From Phoronis australis (lineage: Eukaryota > Animalia > Phoronida), in NCBI GenBank assembly GCA_002633005.1, contig NMRA01000173.1, forward strand, positions 87,810 to 151,809: a DNA stretch of 64,000 bases, written 5' to 3'. The notes below the pieces were generated by a model that did not search any database, was not told where the DNA came from, and saw only the letters and a list, made by a program, of their open reading frames with translations. How positions within the stretch are numbered: the stretch's first letter is position 1; every line of letters starts with the position of its first letter. The position numbers and the translations under genes were made by a program. This document shows positions 50,862 to 63,099 of the stretch, one piece after another.

Positions 50862-51570
50862 CTTATTATTGCTTGGATTTGGGCGGGAATCCTTAAAATT
50901 AAACTGGGAGGAATGTTGTGTGACTGGAAAGGCACACGACCGTCGTCTTGACGGAGTGTCAGAGAGCGACGCTAACTGCTTGGTTTGCGGAGAGCGTCAC
51001 CTGGTGTGTGACTGAGACATCCATCGCTACAGTTTGGCACTTCGAATCTCCTGCCACTGAAGTCAAAATGTATACTGGACCTCGGCTGTAACCATATGAA
51101 TCTATTGACGACCTCCTCCATTCGTATATATACGTATCAACCGCCACACAGAGAAGTAAGGTAGGCTGATCTTGTAATCAGTCTCGATACATAGTAGAGC
51201 ACACAACACAGTACTTCAACCCGTTTGTAATTTGTAAAACGTGAAAAAGGAGTACATCAGAGTTGTAAAAACCGTTTACGTGATTGAGAACACAGCGAAT
51301 AATCCATAAATTTTCTTACCTCGCATGGAAGCTTAAGATTTTGTCCGTCAGGTGTCAGTAATGATTTTTTCATAAACAACACAGTGAAGATTTTTAAATT
51401 ATTTGGTTTTTCTTAAGTTGCTGTTAGGTTTTTTGTCGTCAAGTTATTTTTTAAATGATTTTCAGTTGTAAATTGTACAGTTTAATGTATTAATGTATAC
51501 AAGTAGATTTTCAGTACATCTGTACTAAAATGAAAAACGATAATTAATCATTAATGATAAAAATGCAAAA

Positions 51571-54500
51571 ATGGCTGACAGGTTTGAGTTCCTTGAGCAA
51601 AATCTTGAGATGTTCATTGAGAATGCTCGACAACTAGGCATCATTGTCAGTGATTTCCAGCCTCAAGGGCAAAGTGTTCTCAATCAAAAATTGTAAGTTT
51701 TGTTATTTACAACAAAAACTTGGTGAATATTCAGAGAAGACAAATTTCCAGCTGCCGCTTCCGGCTTCATTCATCAACACAACATTATCATTGTCAGTTC
51801 AAAATATTATTCATGCAGTGGGCAAAGTCATGGGTTTATGTGCTCATTCTGGTGTGCCGAAATTTGGATTAATACTTGACCTTGATGACACGCATGCATA
51901 CCTTAACCAACTGATGAACATTCCAAGGTCATATTGCAACCTAATAAGTTGGAGGGGATGTCAGCCAAGGTTTCATCACTTTCATTGTGACCTAAAAAGT
52001 TTGCGCTGGGTTCCCCCCATACCCGAGTTACTGCGTGTGTACGCCGACCACATGGGCATTTAAATAGTGTTGACCTTAAAAATAAATGGGCAGGAGTCCC
52101 CCCTTTCCCCGGGATATTGCGGTGGTAAGCCGGCCACATGGGCACTTCATTGATATTGACAATTTTTTAGCCCCAGGTTACGGTGGGGATACAGTGTACG
52201 CCGGCCATCGTGGCATTTTGATGAGCAAGACATTTAGGTCCATAACGTGTGACTTGCAAAATAAAAGCTGAATCGTGCAGAGTTACAAATTAACATTTAC
52301 TTTACCTTGCTTTCTTTCGGACGCCGCAAAAATGCAAACGTGTCTCAGTTTTCAATAACTTTCTAGGGCCCTCAATCCTTTGATTTTGGGGTCGAATTTC
52401 AACCCCATTCCCTTTCGAAAGATATTGAAAAATCATGCGAAATTCCCTTCATGAGGCCCAAAATTTTCCCTTGAAGTTCGACTAATTTGTTATTCACGCA
52501 AGTCACAATTTGAAAGAGCACAAAATTTTACTTTTGGCTACTTGAGGCAGAGCCTATGAGGGTTTGCAGCAAGGTGGCTGTGCTGTTGATGGTGATCAGG
52601 AGGTAGATTTTTCCACTCCCCCCAAAAAATTCCCTTCTCAGAAGGCACAGGCACCTTTCCTCTCGGATAATTGAGGGCTCTGTTTTTAGACTTGAGACAT
52701 TTAGAGAGCTGACTAGGTGTGACATGTGACATATTTTGATTTAAAAATAGATAACAAACTCATTCTTCCCGCCGTCATCTGCACCTTTTACTCTTTGTCA
52801 AGTCTTAAATAATATTTGATACGCAAATTGTGCGCTGAAATTTGGTAAAGTTTGTAATGAATTGGGAGAGATTCGTGTAATATGAAAATACGTTTAAAGC
52901 TTGAGTTCATATTTCATGTCACATGCAGACGATTCATATTTCATGTCACATGCAGATGTCAAGCGGGAGCTCTCTGTGAAGCGAGAAGTTGTCATTAACA
53001 AGAGTGCTGACCCCCCAACCCTGTGCATTACATCCTGAGTGAACTGGTGGTGACTGTCTTCCCTATTGCTGACCAACATGTAACTCTATGTCTGATACTT
53101 TGTACCTTTCAGACACACGATGGTTACTTCAATGCAAGAAATTGATAAAATTAAGTCACAAGTGCAAGACATTCAAGTACCCCTTGAAGTTTTTGAGTAA
53201 GTATTTTTTAAAAAATTAAAATTGATTGTATATAATCAGTGTTCATGATTCATTATAGGTTTGTTATCATAATCCCATACATAAGTGCACATATAGTTTC
53301 AACTGTCTTCAATAATGTTTAATTGAATGCCGTGAACTCTTCAAACATGGGTGTCTGTCACTTAAGGTAATTGTTAACTGTTGTCGATTTTTTTTCAAAC
53401 AATGCAAGACTCATGAATTTTTTAAAGTTGTGTGTATGTCATTCATTACTACTCATAACATGCACTTGTATGCAGGTTGTTAGGGATGACTTCCACTGGG
53501 CACTGGTATGCAGGTTGTTAGGGATGACTTCCACTGGGCACTCGTATGTAGGTTGTTAGGAATGACTTCCACTGGGCACTGGTATGCAGGTTGTTAGAAA
53601 TGACTTCCACTGGGCACTGGTATGCAGGTTATTAGGGATGATGTCCACTGGGCACTGGTATGCAGGTTGTTAGGGATGACTTCCACTGGGCACTCGTATG
53701 CACGTTGTTAGGGATGACTTCCACTGGGCACTCGTATGCACGTTGTTAGGGATGACTTCCACTGAATTCAGTCTTCATCAGCCATGATTTTCCAGCCTTC
53801 TCGTTTTTATGCTTTTAGCAGTTTTGAACATCAATATATCTTAAGTGCATGGGTTAATTATTAAAATAATTCTTTTAATGGTTGAAAATGTGAGTTAAAA
53901 TAAAGTTTTTGAAACAAGAAAGGATTTCACAATTCAAATCTGCGTTTGGTTAACAAGACCCTTAAGTCTTGGCATGGAATTTTGTCCTTTGGTGAACTTC
54001 TTACATGGATTTCAGCTACAACAGACCTGGGGGCATTCCTCTTTGCTTGCTTTATTATAACTTTTGTGTAAGCATTTTATATCACATTCATTTCACATGA
54101 TGTGCTTGCTTTGTTTTGCGTTGAGTTGGAGACTTAAACGTATTGTTGTTTTCACATTGTTTATGTTTTCAGATATATAGATCAAGGGAAAAATCCAAAT
54201 CTTTATACTAAAAACTGCATGGAAAAATCTCTTGAGAAAAATGAAGCTGTTAAAGGAAAAATTGATGCCCTAAAAGTAAGTCGAGTGACTTTTTCATTGT
54301 GTTACATAAAAACATTAATACATACACAAGCATATGTATACATATATATGTGCTTTTACAGTGTGTACATGCAAAGAATACCTAAACATAAGGTAACGAT
54401 TTTTGATTATTGACTTGAGTTAAATTTCATTTGTTGCGTCACACTTTGAAGTCTGCAATTGATTGTTGTAATGTTTTTCAGCAAACAACAGTATTCGGAC

Positions 54501-54797
54501 TGTGAGAGTCTTTATTTATCTCAAGATACAGTGTTGTATATGGTTAATTCTGCACTTTAACTGCACAGTCTTTTGTCCTACAAATATCTACTCTCATTGG
54601 CAAAGTTGACTTACTTATCATTTGAGTTGGCAATTTTTTTACACAGTTTGCATTTAAAGGAGTTTCTACTAAAGTAAATCATTTTGTTGTATTATTTTCA
54701 GAAACTACGAGCTCTGCTTCTTGTCGAACTGAATCACGTTTTTCCACAAGAAATAGCCAAATACAGAGCTGTCAGGAGGGATGATCGTCCCTTATGA
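51571..54797 (+). CDS. MED10: Mediator of RNA polymerase II transcription subunit 10
   Basis: Exons 51571-51692, 53113-53196, 54173-54275 and 54702-54797 (405 nt), all GT-AG: MADRFEFLEQNLEMFIENARQLGIIVSDFQPQGQSVLNQKL...VPLEVFEYIDQGKNPNLYTKNCMEKSLEKNEAVKGKID...FPQEIAKYRAVRRDDRPL*. Confidence 0.95.
52360..52690 (-). repeat. Dispersed repeat, inverted diverged copy of 16740-17130
   Basis: Shared blocks ccgag..gaaggtgcctgtg, aaaaatct.cctcc.gatca.catcaa.agca and ctcataggctctg.ctcaagtagc in opposite orientation. Confidence 0.75.
53466..53764. repeat. 38-bp minisatellite in MED10 intron 2
   Basis: Unit gtatgcaggttgttagggatgacttccactgggcactg. Confidence 0.92.
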
Positions 54798-55820
54798 CCG
54801 CTACTTTGCTCTAATCCTTTGCTAGATTTGTCAACACTATTGGTGATTGGAACATGTATATCCTAATGTCCACAAAAATGCTCGTATATTCTGCCAGGAG
54901 ATGCCTGCTTAATGGGTGCAATTGGGTAGGCCAAATTTTGTTTGCCATAACCTGCTGAAAAAAATTGTATGCAAAACACTGCTTATTACTTTTATTTAAA
55001 GTAGATAAAAACCCACGTGCCATTTTAAGAAGAAAATTTTTTATTCATACCACTTACCGTATTCCAGGTGCTTGGAAAAATTTTTTTCAAGGGGGCGTTT
55101 ATTGTAGCCTAAGGCAGTTGAAACCCAGTCTCCGAAGTGGGTGAAATCGGAAGCTAAAAACTTTCAAAGCCTTGGAATCACGTTCCATTTGATGAAGGAG
55201 GAACTTGAAATTAATTTTATAACAATAAGTGGTCAAAATCAAAGGTTGTTTTTTATGGAAGGGGCGTTCATATCCGATTCAATTCTTTACTGATCCACCC
55301 CACACACATTGGAATTGCCTAAAACAGCCATTTCCGTATCAAATACAGCCAGCAGATCAATCAACCCTTTGAGGGAAACGTCTTGTAAATGAAGCTTGAC
55401 AATTTGTCAACCAGTGGTTATCAAGTTATGAGCAGTGTTAGTTAAAATATGTTAAGAATTTGGTGATCTTCCATTGCATCAAATATTCAGCTTTGTCATT
55501 GCTCATTTTCACGTGGTTCCTTAATGGAATAACAGAGGGCGATGTGTTTGCTCTCATTATTGCTGTTGTATCAGAATCTATAGTTGTGCCGTGACATTTG
55601 CCTATTTATCTTATAGTGAAACTGGTAACGAGTCCTCTTTGATATCTCCAGTCACTCAGCTGTAATGGGGATCACCATGAAAATTTATTGTAATTTTAGC
55701 TAATTATGAAAAGTTGTGAGCAAACTGATGATAAATAAAACCAAATTTAAAATTGTTAAAATGATTTTTATTCTACATCACAAATATGTACACCTTAGCA
55801 AAGAAATATTTACAATGAAT

Positions 55821-55887
55821 CATGGGTGGCGCACCGTAGGGGGCAAGGAGGGGCTATAGCCCTCACTTCAGTGCTGCGCCGCCCATG
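55821..55887. mobile_element. 67-bp minimal MITE with 5-bp TSD
   Basis: TIR catgggtggcgca / tgcgccgcccatg, flanked by direct repeat tgaat on both sides. Confidence 0.65.
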
Positions 55888-57021
55888 TGAATATGGAAGC
55901 TATTGTGATCATACAGACAGGTATGGTAAACATTTTTGTGGCATCACCACTAGAAAATACTGCCCACTAATTTTATTAAAAGCTACAGTTCATGCAGCAT
56001 AAAGAACCATCTGTCTTGAAATAATTGCAGTTTCATGCCAGTTTTAATCTTTTCCACAACACAATGAGCTATAAACCTCCCTATCAAAGACTTGAGTTTT
56101 GATTCAGACCAGGCCTCAACTTCTTCCTTTGATTAGAAGTAATTTCTGGAATTAACAGTTTGCTATTGCTGGACACCTTGCTCAGTACAAAAAATGGTCT
56201 GTTCTATCAAAACCAAGAAATCCTTATCTGAGGCCAGTTTGACCAAAAAGTCGACATCAGAACTTTCTAGCAGCAGGTACGTGACAGCAGCTTTAAAAAT
56301 ACTGAACAATAAAATGTCATGATGTTCAAGTTATACAAATATTTAACCAACTTGAATTCAACGTTCAAAGGATGATGGCCTTATATGTGACCAAACTGAT
56401 ACAAAATAGTATGATGAGAATTATTCAACTGTTTCATGCTTGTAGTTTGGCATGTACAAAGAGCTCCATATCAAAACATCACTCAAAATACAATTGTGAA
56501 TAGACCAGTAACCAGAGCAGTGTCAGTTACCCTAATAAGATATAGATCTGACATGAGATATATCTACCAACAATTTGTGGTACTCTCATTAACAGGGCAC
56601 CACAACACTCTCATTGACAGGGCATCACAACACTCTCATTAACAAGGCACCACAACACGGTCACTTTTCACCAAAAGAATGTCAGGTCCATTTTTACGGC
56701 TCAATAGCCCTTAACTTGGAAATTTGTTTTCCTAAAACACTACAGGACAAAATTTTGAATTATTTCTGATATCTAAACAATTATTTTACAAATTTTATTA
56801 CCTCATGCTGATGAATGGCTTATAACATTGACCCAGTAAAACAGGTTTTCCGCTTCAATAAACCATTTTTGGAATAAAAAATTTAGTGCAAATTCAAAAG
56901 CGGATCAATACCTATGGTAGAAGCCCACATGAAACCACAGCATCTGACAAAACTTTGTTTATTGGTCTGTTCTGCACTATGCTCTTCTCAACGTGCAATA
57001 ACAACATAATACGTTTCAGTG

Positions 57022-60000
57022 TCATGTTGGTGATGGTCTGGGTTTGAGGATCAGCTTGCCACTCTGAAAACATGGAAAGAGAACTTAAGTAAATATAAAC
57101 ACAAAGGCCAGGACCAATGGTGATATGTTCATTCAAAATCAACACAAAGGCAAGGACCGAAGATATTATTCATTAAATATAAACACAAACGCAAGGGCCA
57201 ATGTAACAAAATACTAAGTACGACAAACCAAGAGTGCTGGAAAAACTTTGAAGTAGGACTAATGTGACATAAAAAAACTAATTGTGAAAAATATGTAATT
57301 ATATATTAAACATGGTGCACAGGCAAGCCAGCTTTTCTCAGTGTGTAAACAACATTTTGTCTCAAAACGACAAGAAATATTGGGCATCAAAAACAATGAA
57401 TCCCACAAAAATCAGATATAGTCTGACCATGAGATTGTATCACAGAAAGGTGAAATAAGATTTATCTGAAGAGCCGAGTGCATGGTGTGTTTTACCCAGT
57501 GGTCAGACACTGACTACTTTTAGCTTTTAAAAGTACTTTTAATAAATAGACGTATTTGTCAGTGTTTTTCGTAACAATTTTCCAAAACACCACCAGCAGT
57601 GCACACAAACAGCTTTTTGTGTGCTGGGGGGTTAAATAAATTTGGAAAAGTAAAACAAAAAGAAAATCTGTTTGGCACTGGAATGAAATGCTTCAGGAAA
57701 ACCTGCTTGGATATAATGATGTGATGTCTCTTCAACAGATCACATGACATGTATCTCATTCTGGGCATAATGAAGTGATGTCTCTTCAACAGATCACATG
57801 ACATGTATCTCATACTGGGCATAATGAAGTGATGTCTCTTCAACAGACCACATGACATGTATCTCATACAGGTCAAAAGTTCAGCACATCTGGAACCTCG
57901 CCTAGGACATCATAGATATGGGTGAACTCAAAACTACATGTGCTGTCTTGGGATAAATTTCATCTTGTGTTCATGCATTGCAATTTTTAAAGAGATCAGA
58001 AATGAAAGACTCCAACTCAAGTGAGGTAAAACGGAAATTTCTGTTAAATGATCTGTATGTTTTCTCTTTGTTAACTTTGTCTGACTTACGCCAGCTTTAC
58101 TGCAAACATTATTATATAGACCTGTCAGTTTTATTACAAACATTATTATGTAGACCTGCCAGTTTTACTGCAAACATTATTATATAGACCAAAAATGACA
58201 AAATTTCAAATTTGGGCAACGTTTTAAGATGTATGCACTTACTCTTGTGAAAAGTTTTAAAAATCATTAAAAATACTGATTGACAAATTAAGTAAAGACA
58301 TATTTCATGCTTTACACTATACTCACATCATCACATGACATATTGTATTCAGCAAGGACTGAGCGACATCTTGAGGCAATTCTGTACTTGGTAAAGAAAA
58401 ATGAATAATGAAGTCGTAGGATAAAATAACAACAAAGTGTCCTATGTTTATTGACATTTTTCTCATCTTGTGAGAAATAAACTGCAACAAGATTGTGATG
58501 ATTTTGAAAATTTTACCTATTAACACATTTCATGAATGATGAATTCTCAGTGAAAGTTATATTGAGTGCTATTCATGAGCTCCAGGTTAGAATTGTGACT
58601 TTAACAGGAAGTCTGTTTAGTGTTGCATTTACTACCAATACAGGGTGTTCCAAACATGTACTCGCACTTCAAATAACAAGAACAGTATACGAATATGTAA
58701 ATCTTAAACCGGCATGGAAATGTAAATATAAACAAGAACAGTTATTCATTGACATAGGAACAACATTTCCAGTTAAAATTAAAAGAGAGACAAAATAGCA
58801 ATTGAGACCTTGAAACCAAAAGAAATGCAATGTGTACTATTGACTACCACCGTTGAACACTGATCATCAGTAAATCATGACTGGAACATACCACCGTTGA
58901 ACATTGATCATTAATAAATTATGATTAGAAACATACCACCGTTGAACATTGATCATCAGTAAATCATGACTGGAAACATACCACCGTTGAAAATTGATCA
59001 TCAGTAAATCATGACTGGAAACATACCACCATTGAACATTGATCATCTGTAAATCATGACTAGAAACATACCACCGTTGAACATTGATCATCAGTAAATC
59101 ATGACAATCTAACAACCAACTATGAACAGTAGGAAATGGCTGCCAAATGTCTGTAACTCATGACCAGGTCTTACATAACAATTTTCAGATATCAGAGCTA
59201 TAGCATGAAAAATCGATCAATAAGACCTGGCGCCAGAAAATCCTGAATAACCCCAAGAACGAAACGGATGGCAGACAGCCCTAGACGAGATCTGTCTATA
59301 CATCAAATTAAACAATAATCAGTTAAAGGACCACAAAGCTAAAGTGTAAAAAACGGACGTCAAAGTACCATCTAGTGTTCAATTTGGACTAATGGCAACG
59401 AGCTTGAACTACTGATGAATTACCTGTAGTGTATCACATATAAAATAAATATGAAACTAAAAGAGGCAATCCAGATCCTCTACAGGATACACTTGTTTGT
59501 CAAAAAGTAGAATAAATATACATAAATAACACAACAAAAATGGATCACTGAAATTTCTGTTTCTGTTGACAAAGGATGTTATTATATCCAAAAATTTTAA
59601 TGATCCATTTTTGTTGTTTTATTTACGTATACTTATTCTGTAGTGTATAAAATGTTATGCTTGACCACTGATACATGACTGCACTGAAGCCTGAGAAACA
59701 TCATTGTGGGATCTTAGTCATCACAAATTTCAGAATTGTACAAGAAGTTGAAATTCGAAAAATAACAATCACAGCGCCACCTTTGGAACAATTTCCCCCA
59801 AAAGCAAAAGGCCTCAAGATCTTAAAGGAAAGCACACCGTGAACCATGCATACAACTGAACATAAACATACTTCATGAGAATGAAACATACTTTACAAAA
59901 TTTAATTTCGCAAAGTAATTGGATTATACAAATATTAAAACGTTAACCCCAAAGGATACATTGACGATGCGACGACACGTTTATGAATGCCACACAAGAA

Positions 60001-61178
60001 CAGGACAACAAGCAGCACACAGCTGATGGTGAAGAAAGGATGGTTCCACAAGGATGTCAGGAAGGGCACCTGTAATGTATGGTACATCAGAACAACATAC
60101 TACAGGGCTTGGAATGACCAATGACAAAAAACGCAGAAACTTAGAAACTTTTACGGCCCAAATCATGCCCGATAACCAGCCGTGAAATGGTCAATGTGAA
60201 CCTTTCCCCAACAAAATCGAGAGGACTAAAAAAAAAAAAAAACGTTACCACCATCAGTAGCATGCGTCTGTGTCCTTTTAGCTCGCCCGTCCACTCCCAA
60301 CCCACACATTTTTAGCTGCAGAGCGGTAGTATTTGTCGCCGCGCTTAACAATAACACAAGACGCCATTGAAAATCCCACCACGCTGTCCAGACGCCCCAG
60401 CAATGTTGACAATTTACGTTCCTCCGAAACATAAAGAGCAACTTCCGCTTTTCGAGGTGAACGTTGTCTGCAACGCCGCGGTAAGAAAGGAATTTGCCGC
60501 GGAAATTTTATATCAAATCCGATTTTTTTACGCGGAAATATTATAAAAAAAGCGGAAAGCACATTTGAAATAAGCGGAAATCCGCGTTTCCGCGGAAAAT
60601 TCCAAGCCCTGATATTATAACATACACCTATCTATTGATAACAAGTTGATAACTTAGTAAGGGTTATAGAGAAAAAAGGGCATTTCAACAATCATACAGT
60701 CCATGTCCCTTAGACACTTTGCACATAAGAATGAAATGTGTCCATTTACCATGAGTGTTTCTGGGTCTCTGAGCCAACTCCAAGCACCTGTTGCTGTGCA
60801 GACTGAGACAATTACAAGGATTGCTGAAATAAAACAGAATTCAATCTAAATACTTTGTTCATCACTTGACTACCATAAGGCAAAACTCATTGCTGAAAAT
60901 TTGCAAAATGAAGTATGAAATGGTCATGCAAAGAATTTGTTAAACACATCTGTGTTTTCGGTAACACCAAACAATGAAAGACTTAAACATTGAATAATAT
61001 TCACATGATGTTACACAATTGAAGCAATATTCAACTGAACTCAAGTGAGTGATTGAACAACATTACCAGTACTGTGGGCAGCAATTACATTGACGTGTAT
61101 GCCATAGGCAGTAGTACACCCTCCATAAAAAGTTACTCATCTCAAATTACAGCAATTAACGTAAAATGAAACATGCAC

Positions 61179-61211
<33 letters not shown>

Positions 61212-63092
61212 CACATTGAGTTATTATTAACACATACCAGGGCTCCGTGGACTGGACTTAGTTTAGATAAGGTAATTTGAACATATCCATGAAAATCTGT
61301 CACAGTTCATTAGAGCTTCCCACACCGAGTGCCATTTTGAGGAAGTTACGCGAAGTCACGCCTGCCGACGAACAAAAAAATGCAAGTACATAAATCTTAC
61401 AAACTCAACTGAATATCTTCCCACGCCACGTTTTGCAAGTGTCACACGCCACGTCACACGCTTCACTCAGTTTCGCGCAAGTTGTTGCCTAACTCATATG
61501 ACTTCAACTGAAATACTTAGTGAAGTTGGAATATTCTTCGCTAAAGACATCTTAATTCCCATAGACGTGCTTCATCAAGGATATGTATAGAACTAGAAAA
61601 GATGGCTAAAGAAAATAATCGATTTTTTTAAGTGATATTTTTAAGTGTAAAATAAATTATTGATGAGGGGAAAACCTATTATTCAGTGAGTGGATTTGGC
61701 CCAAATCCCTTTCAGAATACACAGGATGAGATTAATACAGAAAGCAATGGAAAGTATTGTAGTCCCTAGACAGCCAGTCGAGTAGGCACCACGTAGCCCC
61801 TCGGTTGGCTGGTTAGGGGCTACAATACTTGTCTTCCCATTGCTATCTGTACTAATTTCATCCCGTGTATTTTAAATGGGCGGTAGGCGAGATATGCTCA
61901 CCAATTAAGAGTTTTCACCTCGTCAAAAACACATTCTACACTTAATATTATCACTTAAAAAGGCGCTTACTTTCTTCAGTGATCCTTTCTGCTTCTACAC
62001 ATATCTTCGATGAAGCATAGCTATGAGAATTAAGGTGACTTTGGCGAAGAATTCCAACTCCACTTTTTTGGCCACCACTTTTCACCATGCGCGCGATAAC
62101 CACAAAACATTTCAACTGAGTCACGTGAGTTAGGCAAAGGCTAGCGCAAGACTGAGCAAAGCATGTAACACTTGCAAAATAGCATGATACATTTGTGTCC
62201 CTTGGACTTTTTGTTCATCAACAGGCGTGATTTCACGTAACTTCCTGAAATTGCACCCGGTGAGAGAAACTCAAGCGAACTGCGACAGATTTTCATGGGT
62301 ATATTCAAATTATGTTGACTAATTCCAGAGTCATGGTATGTGTTAATTATAACTCTATGAGCATATTTGCACGTTTGATTCGATTTTATTTGCTGTATTT
62401 TGAAATGAGTAACTTTTTAAGGGTATGTACTATCGCCCCTGTATGCTTACGGCATTCAGGGCGATGTAATTGCCTACCAGTCGAGGGGCTGTGCGTTGCC
62501 GACATTGTGGCTCAGACCACTAAGTATGTGGGTAAATAAGATACAGCACTCTGACTATACTTGCCACGCCATCTTGTGGTAGCCGGCTGAAGATATGAAA
62601 TGACCTCTGTCATCCGCCTTTCAAAGGCTTTGAGATCTGAAACAATACCAGAACAAAATCAGTTTCAGAGCAAGATGCCCAGTTGACAAGATGAGATTGT
62701 TTTCTTTTACTGTGTTGAAATGTAGGCCAGCACGTGACTATTGACAACAGCCATGTAAATTACTATTTACGAAAATAATAGGATAAGCTCCATGACAGCA
62801 AGCATCTTTACATGAGGAGTGCTAAAAGCAAAAGTCACTTAAGACAAAATTCAATTAGTCTGTCATTTTGTACACATTTCTTTCACCGCAGCTCTCAAGT
62901 CAAGACAAGTTGTGATCAAGAAACTGGAAGGGATCGATTTCAGCAGACCCTGTCGGTAATCAGGGCGAAAATACAAAGTCGTTAAAGCTGTAAAACAATT
63001 TTATAAATTCCGTAGAATTAATCGTATAGGTATCAAATGACACTTCTATAACACTAAAATGAAAAACCTTCTGTTTGTTCCAAAGACATCAT
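57022..63092 (-). CDS. CNEP1R1: CTD nuclear envelope phosphatase 1 regulatory subunit 1 (TMEM188/Spo7-like)
   Basis: Exons 63068-63092, 62565-62636, 60750-60823, 59960-60069, 58327-58381 and 57022-57063 (378 nt): [125 protein letters not shown]. Not represented in the ORF track. Confidence 0.94.
57712..57870. repeat. ~54-bp tandem repeat, 3 copies
   Basis: Unit ataatgaagtgatgtctcttcaacagatcacatgacatgtatctcat..tgggc. Confidence 0.88.
58382..59959 (-). other. U12-type (minor spliceosome) GT-AG intron of CNEP1R1
   Basis: 5' end is GTATCCTTT (U12 consensus). A branch-like TTTTCTTTAC lies ~10 nt before the terminal CAG, with no polypyrimidine tract between. Confidence 0.85.
58845..59105. repeat. 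45-bp tandem repeat inside the U12 intron
   Basis: Unit taccaccgttgaacattgatcatcagtaaatcatgactggaaaca. Confidence 0.9.
60103..60611. mobile_element. hAT-like MITE
   Basis: Perfect 13-bp TIR cagggcttggaat ... attccaagccctg, with subterminal cgcggaaa repeats. Confidence 0.75.
60824..62564 (-). other. GC-AG intron of CNEP1R1
   Basis: Frame is kept only with donor G|GCAAGT at 62564. The nearby GT donor 4 nt further would frameshift. Confidence 0.8.
61226..62347. mobile_element. ~1.1-kb foldback (whole-length palindromic MITE)
   Basis: Arms pair along their length: attaacacatacc/ggtatgtgttaat, ccatgaaaatctgtc/gacagattttcatgg, ggaagttacg/cgtaacttcc, cttcgctaaagacatcttaattc/gaattaaggtgactttggcgaag, aagtattgtag/ctacaatactt. 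Centre ~61790. Confidence 0.85.
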
Positions 63093-63099
63093 TCCAGCA

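Noticed and set aside
56912-57145. [12 protein letters not shown]... as a coding exon
   Set aside because: Wrong frame. The conserved CNEP1R1 end [10 protein letters not shown] uses another frame, and the rest is 3' UTR.
11137-59105. CRISPR-like appearance of regular repeats
   Set aside because: Units are contiguous with no unique spacers, there are no cas genes, and the context is eukaryotic introns.
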